Source: Oopsacas minuta (taxonomy: Eukaryota > Animalia > Porifera). From it: 64,000 bases of DNA. Position numbers and translations under genes: made by a program. The stretch's first letter is position 1. Each line of letters starts with the position of its first letter. The stretch covers positions 372,001-436,000 of the forward strand of contig JAKMXF010000088.1 of the NCBI GenBank assembly GCA_024704765.1, read 5' to 3'. The notes under the pieces were generated by a model. That model saw only the letters and a list, made by a program, of their open reading frames with translations, did no database searches and had not been told where the DNA came from. Of this stretch, positions 38,276 through 52,853 are shown piece by piece.

Positions 38276-41200
38276 TTAAAGGAATGTTGATTCAGAATTA
38301 GGAGGTAATGTTTTAATACGGTCCAGCATTAGTTGCGCTTGAGTTGGCTGGTTATCTAAATGGTTGTTGTTTAAGGGTAATAGAGGACTTCCGTTGCTCA
38401 GAGTCCGCAGTGAATGATCCGGCTTGTAGTTCCTATCGTGATGATTGATAGCAGTCGTATAAGGTGTATGTGTAGGACGGAGTTGGTCCATTTGTAAGGG
38501 CTTTTTTCGTGGACGTACGAATCGTGTGTCGAAGGCTTTTCCGGTTCGTAAGGAATCGAGAAGGTTGTCGAGTACATTGTCACTTTTGTCATCTCCCATA
38601 TCATCGAGATTCACAACACCAGTACGTGAGACACGTTGTTTTGTGTTTGTTTGTTTTTTCTTCATCTCTTCCAGACGTTTTTTCGCCTTTTCTTCACGTT
38701 TTTTCTTCTCTTTCATCTCTTCATTTTGTTTCTTAGCCTTCTCAAAGCTACGTACAAAGTCTCGGATGTATCTGAACATTTCTTCCATTGAATTCTTCTG
38801 AGAATCCATAGCATACCAATCCAACAGGTGAGCTACATCCTCTTCCATTTCTTTGTGAAGTTTACGAACGTTTTGACTCTCCCCTTCTGCTGATGTCAGG
38901 AATTGCGTCATCACCTGGAAAGGAAATTATATAATTGGCGCTATATTAATAAAGCCCTGTTAATGAGGAAATTGTTTTAGTGAGTAAATATATTGTGTAG
39001 TTGAACTTCACAGAGAAAATGGTGAAATAATGACAAAATTCATGCGGCAGCTAAACTTGATGCGGGCGGTTGAGCTGAAACAAGTTCCCAACTAACACTA
39101 ATGGGTCAAACGGTAAACAGCCATTAGGTTCATTATACGATAACCTAACATATAATCAAATTGTAATTTTCTTCATAAAAATCCAATTAACCAGGTTTGT
39201 CTATTAAAAATTAAGGGAGTCATTCAAGCTAAAGAAATTCAACATGTGCTATTGTCTATGTAGATAACATATGATCGCCAGGAGGATATAACAATCACAC
39301 ACTACAAAGAGTTGTAATTCCAATTCTTTAGGAAAATATTATAGCTTGTATGTGAGATCTGAGGACATTTGATTAGAGAAAATTGGTCGTATATTGCACG
39401 AGTAGGCATAATTATGTATTAAAACTACTACGTATTATCAGGTTTGGATTCAACCTCTGAGGGGAGGGGGGGGTGAGTAATGACTTAAATTTATGGGTAG
39501 AAATATTTCAGTCGGAGGCTAGATGAAATCCTGCATCAAAGCAGCAGTTATGCGGCGAAATATTTTCACGATTTTTTTCCCTGAATAGTTAGCACATTGA
39601 TATTTGCATATTAGCAATTCTTCTAATAGCAAAATCTGCATACATATTAGCAATTTATCATGGGTCATATATTGCATTTTTGAATGGTAATAGTTCGCAC
39701 AATAGCAAACTCTACAAGTTATACAGAGTACAGAGTATAACCTCCAAAAAAGGGACAAGTGGAAGAAACAGGGGGACAGAGGAAGCAATTTTCGGCGTCC
39801 CTGACACCCGTTTAGGTGGTTACACTCTGTAATCTATAATCAAAACAAACCTCTCCGTATAGATCATTAGGATCTTTAGCGCCATGTTTATAATTCTTCA
39901 ATTCAGCTCGAATAGCTTCAATACCGATCTGTATTGCCCTTATTCTCTGTTTAAGGTCCTGATAGCTAACCCGTGAGGAACCATTAACTGATTCTAATTC
40001 ACGAGGGAATTTTAATAATTCTGGATCATGCTTTTCCAAGGTTGAGACGAGGAAATTCAGGACTGTGGTTGAGTGGTCACTCACACCCTTCGTGTCCTCT
40101 AGGCGTGTCAAAAATTCTAAACTGAACCCGTATGAACCTGCGTTATTCGTTCCTGCGTTCATAACGTTGCCCATCATAAGAATGTATTCGAGGATTTTCG
40201 CGAATTTCGGTGAATTCTTCACCTCGTTACAAGCCTTTTTGACTAGACGGAGGTCTGGCACTAAATCGACAATCTCATCTTTGAACTTTTTGCGGAATAT
40301 CATAGTTTCTAGTCTAGTCTCTAATCTGTCGATCTTTGTTATGACTAAGATAAACTGTTCAGCTTGGTTCAGTTCATTGAATCTAAAATATTCGCAATTA
40401 TACACAATAATGTACGACATAAAGTATTCGGGTAATTGCGAAATAGAATATATGGGCAATTATACAAACTCTATATGCAATAATTATGTAAATGATTGAT
40501 AGATTATACCATCAGTTAACTTACTTGTCTTTCACGCGGTTCAATGAGTCGATGAATTTCTTGCTGGGAAGATATTTCACGAGTTGTTCTAACCACTAAA
40601 GACATATATGAATAAAGCAGTATTTACACAAAGTAAAAATCAATCATTTGAAGATTCAATAATATAAGCAGATACGATGTAATTTCCGCAAATTTCCCGT
40701 TTGTGGAGGTATGTATAAATGTTTACCTGTAGGCTCAAAGATTCGTCCATAGATAATATCATTTTTTTAATAAGCTCGTGAGGATGTTTGAGTGACATGA
40801 GTAGGATTGACAGATTCTGACAGGTTTTAGGTTCTAATACCTGAGGTTCTTGTACTCGTCTACTGCCTACGAATGAACCAGTCATGCTATGAGTAGTTGT
40901 TGTTACATCTCCCTTGTCTACTGGGCGGCGACCTTCTTGTCCAAATAGTTTCTTCAGATCGGCTATAATATCTGGATTCTCAAGTCTATGAGAAGAAACA
41001 GGTATAAATATGTGTACTTGTTGCTTTATTGAGATTGTTATTTTGTTTATTTGCACTGTGTAGCTTCCACAAACGGGATGCCAGGAACGCCGAAAAGGGT
41101 TTCCATTTGTGTGGAAATAGAAATCGCTTTTTCACCACGTTTCCACAGGCTTTGTGTGAGGTTACAGAATATTTATTTGTTTGTTTCTTGATAGTTAGTT

Positions 41201-44200
41201 ATGTATCTACATTTACATAACTAGTGTATAGCTATCACTCACTTGTCTTCTCTCAGTTTAGCCCAGAATGCTGTTTCATTCATTTCATTTTCCTTAACTT
41301 TAACCCAATTCAATCGTTTCGTAGATAACTTCTCACGGATTTTCTTCTTGGGCAAATCTATCTGGCTGCGACGAGATTTCCCGCGATTAGAACTGATGCC
41401 TAACTTGTCATCTACCTCGGGAAGGTTCGGGGGTGGAGCAGGAATACTGAAGTTACCGTGAAGGAGGATAGAAGTTTGTTTGGGAGGACGAGGGAGGAGA
41501 GCTTCTACTTCTGGGAGGTTTGGAGGAGGTTCTGGAATGTCAATCCTGCTATAATAAAATAGATAAGAAGTATTCGTATGAAGAAATGAATACAGTCAAC
41601 TCTCGTTATATCGAAACTCAAGGGACTGCGATAATTACTTCGATATTACCGAGGAATATATGTTACTTTGACGGTTTGGGGCCATATTTGTACAATTTCA
41701 AACTTCCATATAAGTGGATATTTATATATTTCCGTCTACTATAACGGGGAGTTGACTATACACGTAAAGCATGACATTAATACAGACCCTTACATGACTT
41801 AAAATACTCATATTTATATCAGCTACATAATCTCACAGATCTCATACACACTCTTAAGTCCACTCTCTGGGTCTCTATGAGATCTATATAGTCAGTGAAT
41901 GGGTCATAGGTGTGTTACAGTAATTCTCTGATTGCAGTATTAAATGCTTAGTAAGCGGTAATACTGTGATCGTATATTTAATATTTTATAGAATGTAGAA
42001 TTTAAGATAGAGGCCCAGAGTAGTTGCTAAGGTGCGGATACTGATTTCGTTCTAGACATGTGTTGGAGCAGATTATGAGATCTTCTAGTTGTTGAAATGG
42101 GGATATACTATGGATTAGGGGAATGCCGTGAACGAGAGCGAAAATAAATAATTTCTAGGGTATTCGAAGAAATATTGTTTTGTAAACGTATAATTTACAA
42201 TTAAATTCTAGGATTCGGTCAGATAAAGTTACAAATAAGAGTTTGGGTAGAGACGGGGTGAGTAACTACAGCAAGAATTACTAAAAATGATTATAATCTT
42301 CAAATAAACTTACATCTCATTGGACCTTGATGGAGGTTGGGGTACGAGAACAGATCCACCCTTCTGTAACTGTACAATCTGTTGTTGATAGAACCCCTTC
42401 TCATATTCCTTATCTTCCTTCATTCTAGCTAGGGACTGCTCTGCAATACAGAGTTTAGATTCTAAGTCATGACGAGCTACTTGTTCTTCCTTCAGTTGTT
42501 TCTCATAGTTGAATGCTCTTTCTCTTGCTTCTTCTACTTGAGCCTAGACCGATAATACGACACGATTATTAAGAAAGTTGAGGGTATTTGAAAACAGAAA
42601 TGCGCAATGATATTGACATTATAAATAGCTAATACGGTAGAATACGGATAAGATGAACTTCGGTTAATACATAGTAATTCTTTCAAACGAAAAATGTAGT
42701 CCCATTCATTTAAATACAATCCCTATCCGGATGAGAGGTACACTCGGATAGTTACCGAAGCGGGAGGGTAGGTCTTATTCGAGTTATATTGTAATTATAT
42801 TATCCATATATGACCTCCTGTATAAGTAGTGATAGAGTTTAATTATGTCAGAAAGCAGAATTTTAAGTTCATTAATTATGTGTTAATCCTTCATAAGATT
42901 ATATTCTATTACCAAAAAAGATAAAATGATTCTCCAAAAAATTTGAGATAAAATTTCCACAAACTAGACCACGTCGTATATCTTAAAAGTGAAATATACA
43001 AAGTTTGCAAGTTTATATTAGAAACACGCCTCATTTGGAGCAAAGGTTAATCATGATTCTGATAAACCAACCCTCTAAATTGCATAAATACATCAAAGCA
43101 GTGACGTTTATAATGAATTCCCCAAACTTTATCGTATATTAGTTTGGCAAAATAATTACTTCCACAACAAATTGGAGATTACCATAGTTTCGATAATCCT
43201 TGTGTCTATAGATTTGGTGACAAGAGGCAACCATAAAAGAAATTTTTAAGATACTATATAAAATACTGGTAACTTGTGTGTAACGCAAAGAAAGCGCAAT
43301 AGGAACGAGATACTACAACTGCATGCTATTGCAGAAATAACTAAATAAGAAAATCACATTTCACAACTACAGTAGACTCCGGTTATATCCAATTATCCGT
43401 TCACATAGAAATCTAAAATTGTACAATATGGTCCCAAATTGTCAAAATATTACAAATTTTTTCATCGGTTATATCGAACTCTGCTTATATCGAGTAATTT
43501 TTGCGGTCCCTTGAGCTTCGATATAACGGTAGTTGACTGTGTAAGAATCGAGCCAAGTTGTATACAGTAGACTCAGCTTAATATGGTCGCATCAGGCCAG
43601 GCCATATTGACACGATTAACATATTGTATGGTTCTGTTTCCGGTCAAGTGACCCGAATAATCGGTGCCTCTACAATGCGTAATATAATATACTGTACGCA
43701 TATAATTAATCCTCACCTTAACGACCATATTATCCAGGAGAGGGTCTACATCAATATCAAACTTTTTAGTATAATGAAAATCAGGATCTACTCCTCCCTT
43801 CTGTAGCACTATCTGAGTAATACATTGTTCTATTAGCTTGAAGTATAGAGGACGAATAAAGTAATCATCTCTGACTAGCAATAGATGTTGTAGAATACTA
43901 AGGAATGGTTTTTCTGCTTCTGTATTCTCAGTTACACCAACAAGTATCTTGATATAGGAATTATAATGAAGTTATACGATTAGTAAATCATATTTTGTAT
44001 GAAATTGCCTTGCTATTATGCGAACTATTTACCATACAAAATGTGCATCACTGAGTATAGCATTACATAGTATTGAGGCGTTGGTTTTTGGACCATGGAT
44101 TAAAATAGAAGAAAAAGTATTTTTAACGTCTTAGATTATCAAATTCCACTTTCAAGGTTTGCATAAAGAATGAAGTTGTCATTAGTAGCAACGTGTTACT

Positions 44201-47200
44201 TAAAAATCTAAGGAACCAACTTTCAACTGGGATACAGAATATTAATTTTTATTATTATCGCTAACAACTTTACCAACTTTCCATATATGTACTTGTACCT
44301 AGTACAACGCCTCAGAAATTTAGAAACAAAGATTTTTCGACATAATATCACTTACATTGAATACTTCAGTTACATCCAGCATATCAGACTGTACTCCATG
44401 CCATTTGCTCTGAAACTCATCAAAATCTGCTTCCTTCAAATCGTTATAAATCTTAAGCTGTACGGCTAAATCATCTGATGCAGTTTGACTAATCTTTTGA
44501 ATAAATTCATCCAATCCACCTGTAGGAATAGCGTACAAATAAATCAAGGAATTTATCATTTCTAACAAGAAATTTAGAGTTAGAGCAGTGATCCAACAGC
44601 CTGCTGTCGTCCCGAGATAATATCTAATCAATACAGTGCTTATGATAGGTGCTAACTATCTGTAAATCTAATCCTTACCTCTAATAAACTCATTACGGAG
44701 ATGTATTCTATAAGTGAACTCATCTGGAGGAGATATTACAGAATTAATGAACAGTAGACAAGCTGATTGAGTAGAAGGTAGTGATGTGTCTAATAGAGCT
44801 CTCAATACAGGATCAAATCTACCTCTACACTGCCTGTTACCCTAAGTTGAATAAAATATAATTACTGATCATTATTATAAACATTCATATGCGTAGCTGA
44901 TTAATATTCATTAGTAGTAACTAACATAGGGAAATCTGGGAAATTCCTTTTACATTATATGGTATCTAGGTCCGTTTATAGGAATTAACTAACTCAGTCA
45001 TCCATTGTTATATCTAACACGGATCTATCGAAATGCCAGCTGATGTCTAAGTCTGAAATTGTACAAATGTGATTCTAAACCGTCAAAGAAACACAAATTT
45101 CATAGGCTATATCGAACTCCACTGATATCGGAGGAATTATCGCACTCTTATGAGAAACTAAAGGGTAGCTATGCAGTTCCCCACATTAATATAAATATGA
45201 AAATAAAATTACCTGTTCTGTGAGAGCTTCAAGCACTTTATCATGTCCATTAGCTACTAGACAAATAGGAGCAGCTATCTTCAAAACATCAACTAGAATA
45301 TTCTCATTCTCAGCATCTAATACTCCTAATAGCGTTATGAGAGCTTCCTCTTCTTCTAACATTTGGTTTAGTCCAAATTTGTTGTTCATGAATGTTTTTA
45401 TACATCTCACACAATATAGCAGTACTTTCTTAGTTTCTAAATAAAAACAAGAATCATAATAATGTTTCTGGCAATTTTAAACAAACTAACGCGCTTATAA
45501 ATATGAAAAATAAATCTTCGAAATATCTCTACGTTCACAAAGAATTAATAAATTTATAGAAATATTCGATCAGTATTTTGAAGTTATTTTGTCTCATAAG
45601 ATGAACTTTTCAGAAGTGGTAGTGATGAAATTATGAAAGTTAGGAACGAATTTAATTATGACGAATCCAGCTGGCTACTCAAGCAAATAAGAACATATTC
45701 TTGCGTTTATCACTTTGCTAACTGTCCCATTTTGGCTGAACGTCCAGCTTTTCTGACTTATATCCATCCGAGACAGCGAAATATCCCTATTTTTTGTAGT
45801 CACACTATACTAAACGCAATTTTCCCCAAAAAAATCCTATAAAAAACATTCCATCTCGCCATTATCTTCACTAGAATCATCATATGTACGAATTTAAAAA
45901 AACTAGCAAATCACAAATACCTTTAACAGAAATTGTTTGCACCATGGCTAACTACAAATATAAATTCAATAGAAAGATAATAATTAATTAAAACTGAGGG
46001 AAACGTCCTATTTAATAGCACAAGCAAAACTAAATGTATTCCCTTATCTACACAGTAGAATAGGAATCTATCTAATTGTACTGGTAACAGCAGGATATGG
46101 GAATTATAAGGAAAGTTTAACTGTTCTATTTTGTTTGTCAATTTTTGCGACTTTTATCAGATTTCTACTAAATAAGAAATAAGTCAATAGTAAACAACAA
46201 ACACATAAAAATGGTCAAAACACATTCAGTCAGTGTTCAAATAACGAAGTACAATGTTTGTTGCTTTGTTTCGTTATAATTTGATAAAGTAAACAAGTAA
46301 ACAACACAGCTGGTGTAAATATCAACCTGGTATTGAATATAATATAATCATAGGCTTCAAAGTAGTTTAATAAGGAATTTCTATTGCTTTCAATTAGGTT
46401 GAGAATGTATTAATACGCCATGGACACATGAGTGGTTTAGAACTGTTTGCTACAAGATGGGAGAATAATATTGTTATATTATTGTGAAAAATGATCCACC
46501 ATACAAACCACAAAAAGTGATAATGACGTCATAATTTTGTCATAGGTGTAAATTTTCGTCCAAGGCTCAAACTTGTTCGAGCCAGGCGCAAAATACCCCT
46601 GTGTGCCAAAAATCAGCCCTGGGACTATTCCAGTTTCTTCAATCAATCCCGAGCATACAAACATATATACACACACAATATATATACACGTAATTATAGA
46701 GAGTAATTGTGTCTAATTGTATATATTTAGTTACTCACGTCTACGGGCATAGAAAGGGAGATGACCCTGTCTATGGAGTTCCATATACATACAGGTGGAC
46801 AGAAGGGTTGAATCAATCGGGAATTTCCCGAATTAATTAAAATCTACTCAGCAGGGAAATATGGTATATGACAGTATAACGTGTAAACGAACTTTTAACG
46901 TTTAATAAATAAACTGAGACGGTTATACGAACCACAATATGGAATCTCAAAAAGTTACGCCAATTGCGAAAAGTTGAGATTTTGTTAATTATGTTGTGTA
47001 TATGAAACTACAAATTATTCATTGTTTTGGTAAAACATTGAAATATTTCAGTTCAAAAACAAATGAGGAACTTTAACAACTTTTGATTCATAGCAATGCC
47101 AGTAGAATTACCAATAAGGTGTAATACACCATAATTGGCTAGGTTAGCTGATAATGCTAACGATTTTCAGTATTAGCAATAAAGTAATTGGCAAATTGGA

Positions 47201-48517
47201 TTTTCCAATCATTGATGTCTGAATAATGCAATATTATAACAATTGAAGTTATTGTCAAATAATCTTATTGAAGTGCACGTGCGCTTCGTGTATTTAATAA
47301 CAAAAGAATCGTTTATACTATAATTATCGGTGTATTAGCCTACACCCATATCTACATAGGTAGAATATCTCCATGGCTCTCCATAGTTACCAAAAATATG
47401 CAATTGGAATAGAATGAATAGAGATATTTGTATTGTGTAAAACTATTCCCAAATTTGGAGAAAATTAATTTTGAATTTTGGCAGTAGATTCAAGTCTGTG
47501 AGCATGGACTTGTGGTCACATACACTCAAAGTCTCGTTAGTCAAAAATGACTAATACGTATACGTACTCTGGATAGGAAATAGAAATTTTTAGGGCGTAT
47601 GAAAATTATGTATATTTTTTTCGACATATGGAACTTTAAGAAATATATTTAAGCAAACTTACTCTCATCTTTGACATGTGGACTACTCCATTTACTGAGT
47701 ACTTTATTCAGTTTACGGTGTCCTCCCTTATCTGCGAACTTCTGGACCCATGATATGTAATAAGTACTAAGGGATACCTTCAATCTCTCTAGAACATGGA
47801 TCAGCTGATCAGGTGATGTCATGTTCTGCTCAAGCTGATCTACGAACTCTTCTTCAGTGCTCTGACCTAAACACAGGGAAAGATGATAATAATTAAATAT
47901 ACATATATGAATATATATATATATATTGAATTCGCCAAATTACATTATCAAGTACTTCCGTTAAACTAGATCGATCATATTAGGAAGCTACTCAATTGAA
48001 TAACAATTGTAAACAGCAAATTTCTTCTAAAATCTGCATAATTCGGATTACAGTCAACTCCTGTTATGTCGAAGTCTGAAATTGTACAAATATGGTCCCA
48101 AACCGCCAAAGTAACATATGTTTCATCGGTCATATCCAAGGAATTATCACCGGTCCCTTGAGCTTCGATATAACAGGAGGTAACTGTAATTAAAGTGAAT
48201 TCAAATAAATAACCTTGTGAAGAAGAATCCCATCTTTTCTGTAACCAGATTTTGAGTAGATCTTTCCTTTCATTCAAAGGGCGAGTGAAAATACTCGGTT
48301 TAGAGTGTTCAGGTAATTCCATATCGTTTAGCATGGAAAAAAGCATTCGATTTACTTCATCGTTTGTCATTTCATCAATTTCTCTAAGTTTCCTTCGAAG
48401 CCCTTCATCTTCTGTAACGACATTCTTCGCAACGATAATTTTGGATTGTCTTTTCTTAGATAGGAGAGCCTTTCGGGTAGATTTTTGATGTTTAGAATCA
48501 GAAATGGAAGTTGACAT
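38276..48517 (-). CDS. DIAPH: Diaphanous-related formin B (12 exons, 1108 aa), tandem paralog of formin A
   Basis: Exons 48517-48214, 47866-47663, 45436-45213, 44841-44679, 44519-44356, 43947-43717, 42543-42314, 41548-41243, 40985-40727, 40595-40525, 40382-39851, 38914-38276. Intron phases match formin A. Motifs LLLVRDDYFIRPLYFKLIEQC, LNWVKV, QNLSILL, GNVMNAG..GFSLEFLTRL; DAD VLDNLLDSLRTGKAF. Confidence 0.92.
41593..41758. mobile_element. MITE family A, full copy in formin B intron 7
   Basis: ta-cagtcaactctcgttatatcgaa ... tataacggggagttgacta-ta; TA on both sides. Confidence 0.85.
43370..43539. mobile_element. MITE family A copy in formin B intron 6
   Basis: cagtagactccggttatatc ... gcttcgatataacggtagttgactg. 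Confidence 0.8.
48051..48186. mobile_element. MITE family A copy just inside formin B intron 1
   Basis: ta-cagtcaactcctgttat ... ataacaggaggtaactg-ta. Confidence 0.85.
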
Positions 48518-49880
48518 AATTCGCTACTAAAAACCACAGAAATATATTGTGTATTAATCTGTAATTGTTTTCAAAATTAGGTATATATACTAGCAGAAAG
48601 TTATTGGGTACAATTTGACTACCACTTGAGGTTACATCATAGAAAGTGATCAAAAGTATAATTGATGTAAATCAGCAGAAATTGTCCTTGATAACCTTAC
48701 ACTTTAAAAAAATTTTTTATGTTTAGAAATTGCAGTTTTTGATCATTGTATAAGTACTCTATTCTCTTTGGAAAAAAGAATCCAATGCATATAGAATAAA
48801 ACACAGAATTTCTGGGTTTCTACGGATAAAAGTTGAACAAGACGAGAATAAAATCGCGGGCAAACGAATCGTGAAATTTCACATCAAAATTACGCAAAAT
48901 CTGAAGATCCTTTCAATTCAAATTCAAAGAAGTTCATAAATAATCATAAACTCGGACGAATAAGAAATGTATACACTGTCTATTCGATTATTCGCTTATA
49001 AAGGAATGTGGAATCCAATAATAAGGTTTGGATGCTCCTGTCAGATTCAATTAATGTAATTATAACGCGTTTGCGTTGAAGAAGCTGAATAGAAAACCAA
49101 ACAAAGCCAAGAAAAGTATATGGAAATGTCGACATGTGATCAATCGCAGAATTGTCGTACAGGGTATCATCGGGCCTTTGTATGGCAAATTACATTCAAA
49201 CAATTTTAACAAGGAATAAATATAATTAGATATAATTTGCAAGAATGTCTTGCCATTTCGAATTATAATATAAAGTAGGCTCAGCTTAAGAGGGTACATC
49301 GAGACCAAGCCATTTTGAACCAAATAAGCGAGTAAAGTAACACTATTTGTATGGCTCTGTTTCTGGTCAATTAACCACCAGATTAACCTTGACTAGATTA
49401 AGGGAGTACTGGTTTTAGGAATTGTATAGTGGCCCGTTTATTATCACAGATAGTGAAAATTCTGGGTCTTATGAGTGAGTGGTAATTCAACATGTGTGCT
49501 TTCCAACGCCTCTTTCGAAGAGATTTTGAGTGTCAAGTCCCATTGAAATGCGGAAACAGTGGAATTGTCTCACTTTTTACTAAAATACAACCTCTTGTCT
49601 GATAATTATCTTAGTATTTAGTAGTACCCGATTCGCCAGATAGAAAATCATATTTTGCATGAATTTTCCTTGCTAACCCGCGAACTTGCTATTATGTGAA
49701 CTATTACCATACGAAATGCATTTTATACTTGGCTAATTTCGAGGCACGAAGTGCCGAGTCTCATGCGAAGCAGCTCGTATTCAAATAAAACCCGTACAAT
49801 CTAGTGATATAATTATCTAATACAGCATGTTATCTCCTAACAAACATATCCTATAACAAACTAAGTAACCAGTACTCCGT

Positions 49881-50255
49881 CTAATCGTCAGGGACTTCTT
49901 CATTCTCCAAGCGCTTGAAACATCTGGGATCAGTAGGCACCCAGGTTACTAGAGTATAAAGTAGATTTTTGGCGTCATCATCCTCATTTCTACGCCGAGA
50001 CAATCTCACTCTAACTCTATAAGGAACATTACGTATGCCATGTGACCAAATGAACTTATTCAAATCTGTATCGATACGGATGTCATCTGTTTTCATGTGC
50101 TTCTTAGCAAACTCTCGGATAGCTTTTATTGCTCTAGGAGCACGCCTTTTAAAACCTATACCGTGAATATATTTGTGTAGGTGTACAGTGAATTCACGGG
50201 TAACTACTTCTTTCTTCGTTGCTCTTCTCTTTACGCCTTTTGCTTTGCTATTCAT
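49881..50255 (-). CDS. RPL31: 60S ribosomal protein eL31, intronless CDS
   Basis: [64 protein letters not shown] is the eL31 signature. Confidence 0.97.
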   Translation of the reverse strand: MNSKAKGVKRRATKKEVVTREFTVHLHKYIHGIGFKRRAPRAIKAIREFAKKHMKTDDIRIDTDLNKFIWSHGIRNVPYRVRVRLSRRRNEDDDAKNLLYTLVTWVPTDPRCFKRLENEEVPDD

Positions 50256-50412
50256 CTCGCACTATTTATTCTAAGAATTGGAAATACTTGAAAGTGAATA
50301 TTATTACCGTTAATTAACGCTGTATATTTCCGTATAATAGTAGATTCAGCTAAATTGTGTGACTTTGGTTCGAAAGTATTTTGGCACAATTAAGTGAAAC
50401 TACTTTGCACTA

Positions 50413-50573
50413 CAGTGTAACCTCAATAAACACAAACGGGTCCGTGGAAATGGGGACTTCAAGAAATCAAGTGAAAAATAATAGAGTGATTTCCTAGTCC
50501 CAATAGGAATGAACCTCCACAAACTGGGAAACGGGTCGGTGTCTCTGGAGCCCTGTATGTGGAGGTTACACTG
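50413..50573. mobile_element. MITE family D between TTLL1 and RPL31
   Basis: 12-bp perfect TIR cagtgtaacctc/gaggttacactg; the internal block ttcctagtc..aatgaacctccacaa recurs near 18600, 56430-56615, 57100-57200 and 58615-58757. Confidence 0.75.
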
Positions 50574-50727
50574 TGAAAATATCTAATATACTTAGCTCGA
50601 AATTGTCATTTTAGAAAATTCACTATCGCAAAATATTTAAAGATCTATGCCCATGCGAATAAAGCAATGATATAAATACACATAAAAGTGAAAGGTTTAC
50701 CAAATCAGTCAGTAAGTATAAATACTC

Positions 50728-52315
<1,588 letters not shown>

Positions 52316-52409
52316 TTATAAATATGATACTAAACCTGGACTAGCGAGCGAATCGATATTATTATAATTATCTATTGTTGGACGAAGTATTAAAATTTTT
52401 CTGAAAATA

Positions 52410-52556
52410 CAGTAGATGACGGTTATAAGAATATACCAAATGTAATAATCACCATCCTCTGGAAAAACGGTTCCCATATATTCCTGTAGATTTTATGCCT
52501 GTTTTAAGAACATGTATTGCTACTCCCAAAGGTGTTCTTATAACCGGTATCTACTG
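52410..52556. mobile_element. MITE family G (TA TSD)
   Basis: ta-cagtagatgacggttataagaa ... ttcttataaccggtatctactg-ta; sister copies at 54732-54799 and 63060-63192. Confidence 0.85.
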
Positions 52557-52853
52557 TACCTCTATCATATTAGTTTCTACATTAGTGAGTGAAAATCGAC
52601 AGAATTGGGATCAAGAAAATTACTCAGATAAAAGTTTAGGCAATTGTCAAATATCACTTACCTCTGCAAACTACTGTATTTATTCAAATAGCTCGCTCCC
52701 ACCCGAGGGTAGCTAAAATCTAATAATCACCGCGTTTCCATGGTAAATACAGTATACATAAATCAAACAAACATATAAATGAGCCATTTCAACCCAACTC
52801 AAAAACAACCTACAAATCTCAATAGAAAAGTACAAATGCCTAAATATTAAACT

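Noticed and set aside
41990-42160. Candidate extra FH1 exon in formin B intron 7
   Set aside because: Frames from the available acceptors hit stops, and exon 7 already joins exon 8 in phase.
49881-50255. RPL31 as a processed pseudogene
   Set aside because: The ORF is intact and well conserved, and no poly(A) remnant or TSD is visible.
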